A stretch of DNA of 61,295 nt, the filler included, from Hausera hauseri (Eukaryota), in NCBI GenBank assembly GCA_046269625.1. It is 13 parts of 13 records of this genome, joined end to end, with 100 filler letters (N's around TTAATTAATTAA, not from the genome) between each part and the next. Parts side by side here need not be neighbours in the genome. Positions count along the whole stretch, not along the records: positions 1 to 5,193 come from JBJURY010311610.1; positions 5,294 to 9,420 come from JBJURY010744765.1; positions 9,521 to 13,599 come from JBJURY010775202.1; 10 more parts are not named here. The stretch is one strand, 5' to 3'. The notes below the pieces were generated by a model. That model was not told the DNA's origin. It was given only the letters and a program-made list of their open reading frames with translations, and ran no database searches. Below, in pieces: positions 1-12,505 of this stretch (its first letter is position 1; each line of letters starts with the position of its first letter). The translations under genes and the position numbers were made by a program.

Positions 1-369
1 TAACACTATTTTAAATTTTCGTAATATTTCACTCCGTAAATTTTTAAATAAAAATATTGATATTCAGTCGAGGTTCAATGTCGCCAATTGCACTACTGTC
101 ACCAACGTTAATTCACTTGACGAAATCACTTCATCCAACATCATTTTCAATTCGACCATCTTACACCAAATACCACATGACTGCACAGCACCAAACAATT
201 CACAAATTGCATCCCCTACTACTCAAGCCGCTTCACCATCATCACCGAATCTCTCACAGCTGCCTACAACTTTACAGCAATTTGTCAACACATCATGTCC
301 ACGCGTACTTAAAAAAGATCGTGCGTTTACTTTCACAAACAATACTTTACATCGCATAGTTACACAGCA

Positions 370-951
370 TCAACGATTATCGGTCATCGTGTTCGGTAGA
401 AAGTTTATTCGAGGAGAATGCACGGAGCATCCAGAATCTACCAATTTCAAATTGTAATCATAATCGATGAGCAAATTTCCAGAATTTACGTCGTGGTGTA
501 TGACGCCTTTTAAATGATAATACACGAGTGCTTTACATAGAGTAATCGATATCTGACCGCACCATGCATACTCAGGAACCAGAAAAATTCGAATATCATC
601 ATCGAACCGAGTATTTAATTTTAAAATATTCTGATGGGATAATTTAATCATAACATTTACTTCACAAAAATGAAATTAATAGAATTATTTTCATACCATG
701 CTTTTTTGACATAACCTTCGCTGCACAGACGACCCCTTCTTTATTGTCTTAGCTAAAAATTCACGAATAAACTTCCAAATACCCAACAAACTTCCAGCAT
801 CAAAATCATCCAATTTACTTTTCGCATTTTGTTTGTCAATATGATAAGGTGGCGATTTTTCAACATCGAATTTATCAAGACTGTTGCTTGAATTAAAATT
901 CTCCGTAACTGGCAGTTGAAAAATATCAGCTTCCAAATTCATTTGGATCAA
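370..951 (-). pseudogene. Degraded, apparently intron-less Aurora-family Ser/Thr kinase fragment
   Basis: LDDFDAGSLLGIWKF resembles Aurora LEDFEIGRPLGKGKF. ALVYYHLKGVIHHDVNSGNLL..LKLVDSGCSVHSP resembles ALxYCHxKxVIHRDIKPENLL..LKIADFGWSVHAP. The HRD and DFG motifs are mutated, with frameshifts and truncation. Confidence 0.8.
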
Positions 952-1984
952 ATAGTAAAAAATGGCGCAGCACTATTTCAAAGTAAATTCAAATTTCAAA
1001 AGTATTTATTATTATTAAACCAAGTTTGTTTTTTACCTCTTTTTACAAGGCCACACGAAAGGTCACATACAAGTCCAGCAAATCCGGCACATCACCGGGA
1101 ACTGCTAACTGGTCTGACTACCACTATTAGTGCTGTGAAGAGTGAATGGCTGATGAGACGAATTAAATTGGGCGATTGCTGTGGGAGAACCGCCAGAATC
1201 TTTTACGGATTCAAATATGTTAGGAACTTATCTGAATTTCTTCGGCAGCGATATTAGGATGTTGTCTTGGAATACTGAACTGGTTTTATTCAAAAGACAC
1301 TTTACTCTCTGATCGAGGTTGAGCAGCATATTATACAGGTGATTCTACTCCTTCAGCGGCATTTTTGATATGTAAACAATTTTCTCAAACGACAGCTCCA
1401 CTTGAGTCAACGTCGAAACAGTCAGCTGATGGCGCTCGTTGAGGTGCTTCTTAAAGTTCTCCTTGATTTCGTTCTGATTTCTCAATCGTCTGTCGAATTC
1501 TCTGATATTTGGAGGTGAGGAAAGGATTTGCAGATATTGATTAAGCTACAGAGTTTGTAGTCAGCATCATTTTGTTGTCATTCATTTTTGGAGTGTCATT
1601 TATCTGTAATGGCGGAATGGATAGCTGATCGGCTGACTGAATGAGACTGCCGAATTCAGTGCCTCATTGATCATGTTCAGGGCGATCATATTTTCCGCAG
1701 TTGTGTCGCTGTTACCGCCGCCAATGAGGAATGATTGGTTGTTTGGAGTGGCACATGGCTAAAGCACCATTGACTCGCTGGCACCACTGAACAGTGTGGA
1801 CTTTAATGAATTGTTTTGCATTAGAGTGTCTGAAGCGGGAGATCGGGCCCGACTATGAATCCAACGCGCGGCAACGGAATCTCGGCCGTACCCGACCAAA
1901 TGGGCCAAAGGGCACCGGCTGCTGTGGACACCACAACGACCAATACTCCAAAAGGTACGACCACTGGCACCTTGTAGTAGACAG

Positions 1985-4913
1985 GCCGTAGAAGCCGCAT
2001 TCCTCGAACTAGAACGCTCCGGCATTGTACGACGTTACAAATCTCATTGGTCGTCACCTTTACATATTGTACAAAAAAGGACGGCACTTTTAGACCATGC
2101 GGTGACTACCGACAGTTTAACATTTTGACCATCATAGATGCGTACCCCTTACCACTCATCAAGGATATCTTGCATCGCCTTAATTCAACTACCATTTATT
2201 CGACCATCGATTTGGCCAAAGCACACCACCAAAGATCGGTGGCACCCGACGACATAGAAAAAACTGCTATCACTACTCCTTTTGGCCTTTACGAGTACCT
2301 GTTTATGCCTTTTGGTTTGCGAAATGCCGCACAGACCTTTCAGCGACATATTCGATTCTCTCAGATTTTCCGTTTGCACACGTTTACATTGATAATATTT
2401 TGATCGTTTTGTCTTCGGCCAAACAACACAAGGAAAACCTTCACGCAATATTCCAGTGCCTTAACCACCATAACCTCCAAGTCAATTTCGACAAATGCCA
2501 TTTCTTCAAAAAGTACATAAACTTTTTAGGCCACGTTATTTCATCAGACTGCCACTCTCCTCAACCAGACCGAGTTGAAACTATTAAGAATATCAAGTTA
2601 CCAAGTACGACCACCGGAATGCGTAGTTTCCTTGGTAAACTACACTTTGTACATAAATATATACCATATTGCTCTGAAATGACAGCACCATTTGCACACT
2701 TAAGAGGCGGCAAAAAACATCAGACAATCCAGTGGACACCTGAATTGGTTGAAAAATTTGATAAGCTATGCGAAGGAATTAAGGCCGTCGACATTCTCGT
2801 TTTCCCCAAGCCTGATGCTGAACTCATCCTTACTACAGACGCTTTAACCATTGTAGTAGGTGCTGTACTACACTAAATCCACAAAGGAGAAAATCAACCG
2901 CTAGAATTTTTCTCTCGTAAGCTACCAACCCCTAAAACTAGATATTCCACGTTCGATCGAGAATTATTGGCCATCGTCCTTGCTCTAAAGCATTTCTCCC
3001 ACCTACTTGTCGCTCGCCATTTTACTATACAAACCGGTCACAAACCCTTACTTAACATCATGGCTACGAAACATCCTTCCAGACGCCAAGAACGACAGAT
3101 ATCATACTTATCGTTATTTAACTTCGACATAAAACATATTAATGGGGTTAATAATTTGGTGGCCAATTTTTTATCTAGGTTGGTTAGTTTGATTAATTTT
3201 TCACCGATTTTTACGCAAGCTCAAGAACCAGCCACCTCAGGACATGCTTAATTCTTTCACGTCTTACACATTTTGGCGGTGTGGCTTTATATACTTCTAA
3301 ACCAGGTTATTCTGTAATAATCCTGGCACCATCATTGCAAAGGCAAGCATTTAATAGCGTATATTCCCTACACCACTCTGGTGCTAAAGCCACTTTTCGT
3401 TTACTCCATCGACAAGTAATTTTGCCGTCAATGCGTTCCGATGTGCAGGCATGGGTTAAGGAATGTGTGGCTTGCCAAAAATACAAAACAACTAAGCATT
3501 TAAAGCCACCACTGTTCCACTTTCCATGCACATCGCGTTTCGAATCCGTGCATATCGACATCGTTGGCCCTCTTCCTCCAGACAACGGACATCAATTCAT
3601 TCTCACTATGATGGACCATTCCTCGCGATGGCCGAAAGCCATCCCTCTGCAGAGCACAAACACAGACACTATAGCTGACGTTTTCATTCGTACATGGATT
3701 AGCAGGTTTGGATCACCTCGTTTCATCATCACGGACCAGGGTCAACAGTTTGAATCCAACCTGTTCAAATCCCTTGTTAACCGATTGGGGATCCATCACA
3801 TACATACAACTCCTTACCATCCCCAATCGAATGACCTCCTAGAACGCTTCCACCGAATATTGAAAACGTCACTAAGAATCCTTGCAGAGTCCAACACTAG
3901 TTGGACGCATCTTCTTCCGTTTGTTCTGCTTGGCTGGCGGAACACTCCGTCTACTTCTACAGGATGCTCACCTACTGAAGCCTTATTCGGAGCTCCTGTA
4001 CGATCATTATTAGAACTAACCGCCGTAGATAACACTTTCACGGAGGAGACGATACGGGCAGCGCAAAATCACTTCGTCGAGGTCAGCAAAGATTTGTTCT
4101 GCAAGCTACTTCACAAAGACAAAACATACTTATCCGAAGATTTGTATTCGGCAAAATTTGTATGGCTAAAGAATCAAGCGCTTTGGGGTTTTCAGCCACG
4201 GTACCTGGGGCCCTATAAACTGATACAGCTGCACTCACACAACGCTATTATCTCTAAAGAGGGTAAAGACCTTACAGTACACATTACCAACTTAAAGCCC
4301 GATTTCTTTGTAGACGACACTTTACCAATCGACACATCAACCTCTTTTTTTACTCCTCCATTCCCTGATATCTCTATATTTATTGCTACACCATTTCCAT
4401 TTTTCTCTTCTACGCCTAGTTCTGCCCCATCATTTTTTATACTTTCTACTTTTATTCCTACCACGCCCTCTGTATCATCTTCCTCTTCCACTCTTTTACC
4501 CAACACAATTCCAATCTCTACTCCAACTTTTTTCTCTCTTCCTTTATTATCCACTACACCTTTCATCAATCCTTTGTCTTCTAACATTATTTAATGCCTT
4601 TAACCATCTGTCTTTAACAATCCCTCTTCCTTCTTCATCCTCTTCTTCTCTTTATTCCGATTTATCTTCGCACGACACAACACCTACACCAAAATATACA
4701 ATTTTTTCCATAACCTTAATCTCTGCAAACAAACACATCGCATAAAGACACAACACGCAGAGTCACATTAAGCAAGTATAGCAGGGAAAAATCAGTCGAA
4801 GGTACCCAACGTCTTATTCACAATAAGCTTAACTGACACAAACATTTTTCTTTTTGCGATTTTTTTTCTCTATTCTTTTACTCTCCATAGTTTTAACTTT
4901 GCCACGGGGGTGA
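1985..4913 (+). mobile_element. Ty3/Gypsy LTR retrotransposon (family A), decayed pol: RT-RNaseH-integrase, then a polypurine tract
   Basis: RT (KKDGTFRPCGDYR, YSTIDLAKA, MPFGLRNAAQTFQR); RNaseH (LTTDA, FFSRKL, YSTFDRELLAI); integrase (HH-CC, VHIDIVGPL, TDQGQQFES, ERFHR, PRYLGPY). G-rich PPT at 4905-4910. Several frameshifts and stops. Confidence 0.95.
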
Positions 4914-5193
4914 TATGGTGCCCACATCGACCGCCGCCCTCTGGCCCATTCGGTTGAACATGGCCGGGCTTCCGCTGCCAACACGGCGGGCACATAGGCG
5001 GGCCCCCATTTTCCGCCTCGAAAGAAGATTAAGATCCTCAAAACTTAAACAAAACCTCATATGGTATCAGATGCCAACAACTATTTCCCACCTATCAGGA
5101 TTTATTTTATTATGCGGCCAATAAACATGCTTTATCTAATGAAGAAATTTATTTGATTTTGAAACCGAATTTATTCAGTGAAAATAATAAGAA

Positions 5194-5293
5194 NNNNNNN
5201 NNNNNNNNNNNNNNNNNNNNNNNNNNNNNNNNNNNNNTTAATTAATTAANNNNNNNNNNNNNNNNNNNNNNNNNNNNNNNNNNNNNNNNNNNN
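5194..5293. other. Artificial contig-joining spacer (44 N + TTAATTAATTAA + 44 N). Identical spacers at 9421, 13600, 17650, 22376, 26886, 32513, 38081, 43053, 47600, 52153 and 56982
   Basis: Twelve identical 100-bp blocks. The 12-mer gives stops in all six frames, and sequence content changes abruptly across each block. Confidence 0.98.
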
Positions 5294-7161
5294 TCTCCTT
5301 CTCCAACTATATGACCCAGATAAGGTACAACGTTTTGGGCCCATTTGCATTTCTTTGGATTCAACTTTAATCTGGCTTGTTCTAGTCTCATTAATGTGTG
5401 TTCGATATCCTTTAAGTGTTCCTCTTCTGTCTTGACGCTATCATTAGTTAGTCTAAATACGCAAAAGAATGATCCAGTCCCATTAGCATTTTATTCATCA
5501 TTCTTATAAATATGGCTGGTCCAATAGTAATACCGAACGGCATGACATTAAATTCATAAACCCCATTGTGTGTTTTAAATGCTGCCTTATAGCGGTCTTT
5601 GTCTTCTATCTCCACTTGCCAATATCCAGATTGTAAGTCCAGAGTGGTAAACAATTTTGCTCCTGAGAGTCGGTCTAAAGCCTCTTTTAATGACGGTAAT
5701 GGAAAGTAATCTTTCATCATAAGATTATTCAGGGCTCGGTAGTCAATAAAAAATCGATGTTTTGTGGTCCCTTTCTTCTTAACCATGAGGATTGGCGAAT
5801 ACCAAGATCTATAGCTAGGCCTAATTATATCGGCCTTAAGCATTCGTCCAACTTCCTTTGTTATTTCGAGCCTCGGTGAATGTGGTGGCGGGTATCATTT
5901 CGGCATCTTCTGGTCTTCCAAGTCTATTTCTTCGTTCGAACCAGGCTTTTTCTTGAGTGGAGTAGTCAGTTTTAACGCTTTTGCTCTACCGATATCTTCT
6001 TCGTTCTTAGCGATGATCAATTTATAGCGGCATAATAGTTCATGGAATCGACAATAAGACTCAGGTTCAAACTTAGTTTCTACATGAGGCGGAAATTCGG
6101 CGTGTTTATGAGGTTATTGACGATACTGCATAGGGATTTCCTAGAGTGGTATAAGCATAAAGCCTGACGGGGGTCTGTGCGTTATTAGCTATTCTGATCG
6201 GCACCCGACCGGACCGTACACTTGTTAGTATATTGCTGAGTATTATATTCGGATCTAATGTATCCTTTGGTTCAAAATTTACCGATTGATCGTCATTTTG
6301 CTGTATTTGGGCATAAATTATCATTTATGTTCTCGGTAAAATGTCTTCGTCTACGAGTATCCATATCTCTCCAAATTTTCTATCTTTAGCGTTTTTAACG
6401 CCTTTATTTGGCCTGATTTTTATTAACTTTCCTGTTTGTAAGTCAATTGCTATATTTGGTAGTCTTTTCAGTAGATCACATCCCAGAACTACGTCGTCTG
6501 TTAATTGCTCCATAACTGCAAATTCACGACGAAATATTTGTCCAACTATTTGAACTTCTGGGTTCCATTTATACATCGGTTTCGACATTTGGCCAAAAGC
6601 TCCCGTACTTCTCGGATCCCTTGTGGATGGCGGGTATAATTGTCTCCTTAACGATTGCGGTATCAATTTGTTTTTAATGTAAGACATTTCAGACCCTGTA
6701 TCAAGTAAGGCATAAACTTCCCAATCTTCAATAGTGACCTTGGCGAAGGGTCTTCCTTTTATTACTGTTCCGAAACAGTTTGATGCAACTTTTGGACGTT
6801 TGGTCGCCGGTATCGTATGTCCATTGATTAGGATTTCCGGGGAGGAAACTATATTTACAGACAATTGTCTCAATGCTTCGTTTGGATATAATTCGTTATA
6901 TTTTTTGTGCAATTCGTTTGCTTCATGTGTACTAATAAATGGTTCTCGATTGTTAGTGTGCAGTTTAGTATTCTGGAAGGTTTTTAACCTTGTATTGTCC
7001 CAAACCGTTGATCTAGTTTCTATATTCCGAGGTTCTCTCGGAGAATACAACAAATTGGGACCATCCGCGGATTGTCGATAACACATTTTTCGTAGCATCC
7101 CGTAGCGTTTCTTTCCTTCATAAAGGTCTTGTACACTAACTGTTCTCTTATAAATTTCCGT
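5294..7161 (-). mobile_element. Ty3/Gypsy element (family B): aspartic protease and RT, decayed and truncated by the contig end
   Basis: Protease ALLDTGSEMSYI...VVLGCDLL (6325-7098). RT SPILMVKKKG..RFFIDYRALN, FTTLDLQSGYWQV, MPFGI, AYLD* (5448-5843). Confidence 0.93.
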
Positions 7162-9065
7162 CTAATATGAACTTATTGATAGTTTGCTGCAGTATGGGGG
7201 CAGCATAAGCAATGGTGCTTTAATGACCGAGTACGCCTTATGTCTGTTTACTGCTGAAGGTACTTCTCCTCCCTTAGGCTCGTCATCATCTGAATTATCT
7301 CTTCGTATATTAGGTTTTGTAAATATCTTCTTCTGCAAGAATATAGGCCTCCTTTTCCGTTTACGATTATAATAGCCGACATGGCGTTCTACGTCCGATG
7401 TCCATCTATTTCCTTCGTAAGCTTTTAAAAATTTTCCAAAGGGCGTTATGATTGCAGTCAGTATTTTACATGAAAATCCAGTCAATGTGAATATTTCATA
7501 CCTACTTATTACTGCTTGGATGACTGCTTTAATTATTTGTATCAGAAAATATATCGCTAAGAATACGGATGCGGCTTGTCCAAAAATCAAAAATCTTCCC
7601 CAAATTTTGTAGAGTATTTTTGTTGTTACTCGTTAATAATGGTTTACACCAAGTAAGGTTTCCCATTTAGCCTGATATTGGGTATCGTCTACTACTGAGG
7701 CCATGGCTCGGTTTAATTCATGTGTTCGTTGTCGCTGAAAAGCGAGAAATTGTGTAAAGTCTTCGATTTCCTTCGCCCTGTATATGTATTTTGACGAGGT
7801 ATCTTGAAATTTATCGTCCGTAATTACTTTCTCGAGGTTTGTTCCCGTTAAGTTATTTGGAGCGGCAGTAATACCTCCATTTGGCAAACTAACCCAGTCT
7901 GTTTCATTACGTCTAAACATGGGTTCGCCTAAGCTTGCCTTACAATCTTTAAGGATGGTTGGTTGGGTAGCGTTATCCAATAACACTCTCGTCAATGGTG
8001 TAGCTAATCTTGGATAAATAACAGGGAGTTCCTGAATGCAACATTTTTCCTCCACGTTGATGGGTACATCTCTCTTTTCTCATTCATAGGTTAGCAGTAC
8101 CTGATCCGTGACCCGAACAAAAATTCCCGCTCTCATAGGAATTATTGGAGAAGCCAATTCTGGGTTGGCATATAAAAGAGCCAATTTCATCCTCATGATC
8201 TCGGTATCTAATTTACAGTCATTCATTATCATTTTGTGATATAGTTCCCTTATTCCGACTTGTCCTTTGTAATAGAAGTAATCATCTCTGTTTTTCAGGT
8301 AATCCTCAATTCGGACATCCCTTTCCAGTATCATATTCTGCTCCGTAACAATATGCGCTATGCATGCCTAACCTTCCGGCCACTACTTTGTATGCCCTAA
8401 TTATCTTTCCGAATTGCATTTCTAATTCCATACTGTCCCACTGTACTCTTTTAGTCTCCTTGGCTTGTTTGCTTGTGCTGGCGTTCCAAGTTCATTGGAA
8501 TTAGGGGAGTTGTTGGTTTGATTATTGAGGAATGTCCGTGTACTAACCCACAGTGAAAAATGCTAAGCGATCGTCTCAGCATGCATTCCATTAGATCTAA
8601 CGATAGCAGTTCTTGTCGTTGGTACAGGAAGTAATTTTTCTTTTTTGTTTCCAACTTGTGTGGTCCGTTATCTTCGCAAACTTCCAGATCCATTAAAGAA
8701 TACCTCGGCCCTAGTCTAAACTTATGGCAGTCGTAGATGGTTACAGCTCCTATATGCTTTATTAACATTATCAAGGTGAGTAGGCTGATTAACCAACTTG
8801 ATTCATTTTTCCGATAGCCAGCGTCTGCCGTTGTTAAATTATGTAGCATATCGTCGAATCTATTACCGATCCGTCTGTCTTCTTCCTTGTCGAATAGTCT
8901 TAACCAATTTACTTCGCAGGGTATCTTTCTTGCTGCTCTTCGTGCTAAACTTGTAGCTCTATTAACTTCATTCTCTCGATTAGGGTTTACTTTGATATCT
9001 AAATATAGTAATACTTTTCTTAATTCTTCAGTGATGTTTTTACCATGATCTTTTCGATTACCCAT
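7162..9065 (-). pseudogene. Env-like glycoprotein of chuvirus/Monjiviricetes type (class III, gB-like fusogen), fragmented into four ORFs
   Basis: A hydrophobic signal-like segment is followed by IYDC..YSLMDLEVC..YQRQE..C..SIFHCG..HSS. Then LYHKMIMNDCKLDTEIMRMKLAL..P..GIFVRVTDQVL, then CIQELPV..TPLTRVL..PMFR..W..IYRAKEIE, then a TM region FGQAASVFLAIYFLIQIIKAVI..GFS. This is the motif order of chuviral glycoproteins. Confidence 0.82.
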
Positions 9066-9520
9066 TCGTAAGTTAAGTTACTTTTTGATAGTTTAAAACG
9101 TGAACCTTTCATTATTCTAGCTGCATCGAATATTATCTTTTCTTTATCGTCTAACATGTCACCTCAAAGGCTCGATTAGTTTACAATTCGTATCAAATTC
9201 TTCATTAACTCGCTTAATTCCTCACTGTTTGTACTGAGAGTCGGAATCGACATCTGCCTCAGTTCTCTAATCAATTCACCATTATAATCGATTTCCTCTT
9301 GCGTCTTTTTCGGTTTACAAACTCGACGTTTCGGCTTTGGGCCTTTTGTCGTTATCTCACTCAATGGTACTAAATTTATGTCGTATTGTTAGTTATCCTC
9401 GTCCGTTTGTACATAGTCGANNNNNNNNNNNNNNNNNNNNNNNNNNNNNNNNNNNNNNNNNNNNTTAATTAATTAANNNNNNNNNNNNNNNNNNNNNNNN
9501 NNNNNNNNNNNNNNNNNNNN

Positions 9521-9810
9521 TGAAGTCGATTGTATTCAACACGATATGACGACTGCCGTTCAATTTGAGAAACTAACGATGACGGATAGTAAAATCCAAG
9601 CGGATCGAATACTCTGATGACGTTGTACGGATGGATGTACACAGCAATCCAATGTTCGCCGGAAACGATGAAGTTTGTGTTGACAATAAAGCCGCCGGTT
9701 TATCGTAAATCACGCGGCACACAGTCCAGTGAAAACACGCCACAAAATGTCACGCTCAAGAGCAGTTTTCCGTAGTGACTGGGCTCGGTGGAGCTAAATG
9801 TAAAAAATGT
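9521..9810 (-). pseudogene. Polinton adenain-like cysteine maturation protease (fragment)
   Basis: Minus-strand translation FIVNTN..GEHWIAVY...VFDPLG matches Maverick PRO IVNTD..GxHWVA...FDSxG. It lies directly downstream of the major capsid gene. Confidence 0.8.
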
Positions 9811-9882
9811 GATTTAAGCATAATAGTAATAGTAATAAATTACTTCATAGTACGACGGTGAGATACAGCGGATTTTATTTAT

Positions 9883-11088
9883 TTATACAATGACAGTTCC
9901 GATTTTCCTTATTTCAACCTCGGCATCAAATACACGGTAAATTTACGTAACAGTAGATTACTCCAACGCTTTAGCAAACTGAACCTCCAATAGAAGGTTT
10001 CCCTGTTGAGGTAATTGAGCCAGTTCAACCTCATAATCCGGAGCTAGGACAATTTAAAGAATGGATAGGTGGACTTACACAAATCCATCGATATGCCATT
10101 GTTGATGTTTCTGTTGAGCATATATGTGCAAACATAATCATTAGACTTAAAGTCTTGTTTGTACGTCTCAACGAAATCCGCATTCCGACCCATACTGATG
10201 TAATTCACATTGCTATGGGTAAACGTTTCCGAGTCGGTAGTATAACTGCCCGTTTGTAGAACAGTCGTTTGAAATGTATCGAGCACAAATTTCGGCAATC
10301 GCATGTCGCCAAACAGTGCGTCCTTGTAAAATGTAGTTAACCTTTGGGTATGGTGTAAAAGACGAGTTCTGTGTGTTGTATCGGGTAACAGGCATTTTGT
10401 GTTTCCAAGCTCAATTGATGTCCCATGAGCACAGATGGTTCTGCCTTTACTCGACGTACATATAATCGTATCTCGGTAATTTTCAGTATGGACTTGAGAT
10501 TTGCAACGGCGGCTTTCAAACAAAGGACATTGTCGTTGCGTTTGAGCCAAATCATGGCTTTAACACCGGGCAGTACGTATTTGGGCTAATCGAAAAAGTC
10601 AAAGTACAGCGGTCCATACATTGTAAGTGCTTTTGATTCTGTCACCCATACCTGATGGTTTGCTGCAGTGGCGTCATATCCGATGGTTTTTGTTAAATGA
10701 GTCGTTTCCGTGTCAGTACTGAAATTTAAAGCCGTTTTAATGAGTGCTTTGATACTGTATAGACTGGTGTTGCCTTCGATTTTGACGCTGTTTAGAGTCA
10801 GTGAAGCCTCCTGGAGCAGTATGAGGAAAAGGCGATTGGCCGGTGTGACAGTGTCTGTTGCATCGAGAACCGCTGATGCATCCTTTTTAACAATGACTTT
10901 TACATAGAGTAGCGTATGGTTTAAATCTAGGTATTCATTGTCCGATGGCATAATGTTTAATTGAATGTCAATATTATCATCCGTTAAAACCGAATTAACG
11001 GGATAGATTTCTTCAAAAGCTGCATTGTCAATAACAATTTGTGATGCGCCTTGTCAAATATACACAATTTAGATTTTACACATACCAT
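9883..11088 (-). pseudogene. Polinton major capsid protein (double jelly-roll, PY/hexon-like), frameshifted
   Basis: N-terminus MVCVKSKLCIFD..EEIYPVNSV..EYLDLNHTLLYVK and C-terminus QQGNLLLEVQFAKAL..FDAEVEI match Maverick MCP (KSELDLF..YLDLNNTLLYVK..GNLRLExxFAxAL). Span is about 400 codons. Confidence 0.88.
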
Positions 11089-11139
11089 TTGTCTATCAAT
11101 CAATCGGAAATCGTACGATGACGACCTTTATTTATAGTT

Positions 11140-11442
11140 GATGAGCTATATGATATCCTACGGTGGTTTCTCATTGTTTCTTGACCAATTCAACGACACC
11201 CGGTGCATCGCTTTTTATTTCTGACAAGACGTGTTACTTCAATGATGGTAAAATCGATTTGTTTTATATAGTACGCCCTGCGCTGTTTTTTCTGCCACGG
11301 CTCTAATACGTTGGAACACCGGAAATTCTAAACCTGCCAATGTACGCAACCATCCAGAGCCATACTGTTTACCGAGGAAATACGGCAGTTCACCGCCCTG
11401 CTGGGGTTTACTGTAAATGGAAATGATTTCGGAATCAATCAT
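11140..11442 (-). pseudogene. Small Polinton virion/core gene with QxGxG protease-site-like motifs and an amphipathic helix (cupiennin-like gene of adintoviruses)
   Basis: PQQGGELPYFLGKQYGSGWLRTLA..PVF matches the conserved Maverick QxGG.LP.F.G..QxGxG protein. It sits in its usual position between minor and major capsid genes. Confidence 0.7.
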
Positions 11443-12451
11443 GCTGTTGTTGTTGTTGCAGTCTACGTACATGAAAAGTTAGACTGGTTGTGGTACCGGA
11501 GGGAAATTCAACAAGGTAGCCCAAGTCATATCGGATATTCAATTCAACATTGTTTATAGATGTTGATGCTACAGATAGGTACATTGGATTATCAAACTTG
11601 ACCGTTACATTGTCGCCAGCAGTATACTTGCTGCTTTCCGGATAAATTGCGCAGAGTAGCGGTACACGTACTCCACCAACCAAAATCAGTTCGGTGACGT
11701 TCACGTAAATGTATATTTGACTTAGTACTGTTTTTCAAAACCCAATACCATGGCCAAAGCTTTGTCCCATAAAATTTCGACAATATCCATAGCGAGTTCT
11801 AATTTAATGTACCCTTTTGCATTTAACTCGAAAACTTTAACTATCTCCTTGTACTTTTGATTTGAAGAAAAGTGTTAACAGAGATGTGCTACAGATTCGA
11901 GATAAAAATTGTCTCCAATCGACACGTATGACGTTGACACCCCTTTGGCTGTATAGGTAAATTTCACCGTTGACTGGTAATGTAAGGGACTTAATCTTGG
12001 GCAACTGCATATTCACTTTTAATATGTTTACCTTTGTACTCTTTATTTTTGAATCCAAATTTCTGCGCCATCTGAGAGGACTCAAAGATTACAGTAAATT
12101 CAAAATCTGCCATAAAATGTAAATTTTGATCTAAAGTAAAAACACCGATTTTGCCGTGTTAACCGTAATTTATTTCGATCTTGCAAATGGCCGATACTCC
12201 AACTGTTATTTTATTGTTAGTAAGTGTCAGAGGACAAGAATGTCTTTTGGTTTCAGTAACAGTCTTGTACGTTATTTTCATACTACCTTTTAATGTCACC
12301 TGTGCGTAGGGAAAGTTAAATTCCGTCGAAACAATCACCTCTTTTCTAGATAAATCCAAAGGACTGTTCCAATCTACAACGTATTCACTGGCTGAATTGT
12401 TCGGACGAATTGTCGGATAAGTGTTGCTCGCAACACCATGTAAATACTCAT
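11435..12451 (-). pseudogene. Polinton minor capsid protein (penton/PX), paralog 2
   Basis: N-terminus MSIYMVL.SNTYP..PNNSASEYVVDWNSPLDL; C-terminus LVGGVRVPLL..FDNPMYLSV..NNVELNIRYDLG..FPSGTTTSLTFHVRR. Frameshifted. Confidence 0.82.
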
Positions 12452-12505
12452 GATCTCAATGGTGATGATGATGATGATGGTTAGAGTGATGACGCAATTT
12501 GTTTA

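Noticed and set aside
3307-4587. Antisense ORFs over the Gypsy integrase (similar shadows occur over pPolB and INT)
   Set aside because: They are shadow frames of recognisable genes on the opposite strand, with no motifs of their own.
4330-4594. Hydrophobic Ser/Thr/Pro/Phe tail of the family-A integrase as an env or membrane domain
   Set aside because: It derives from a pyrimidine-rich low-complexity tract and is not conserved among the three copies.
5238-5249. Recurrent TTAATTAATTAA as a biological motif or regularly spaced array
   Set aside because: It is always centred in exactly 88 Ns, so it is an assembly spacer.
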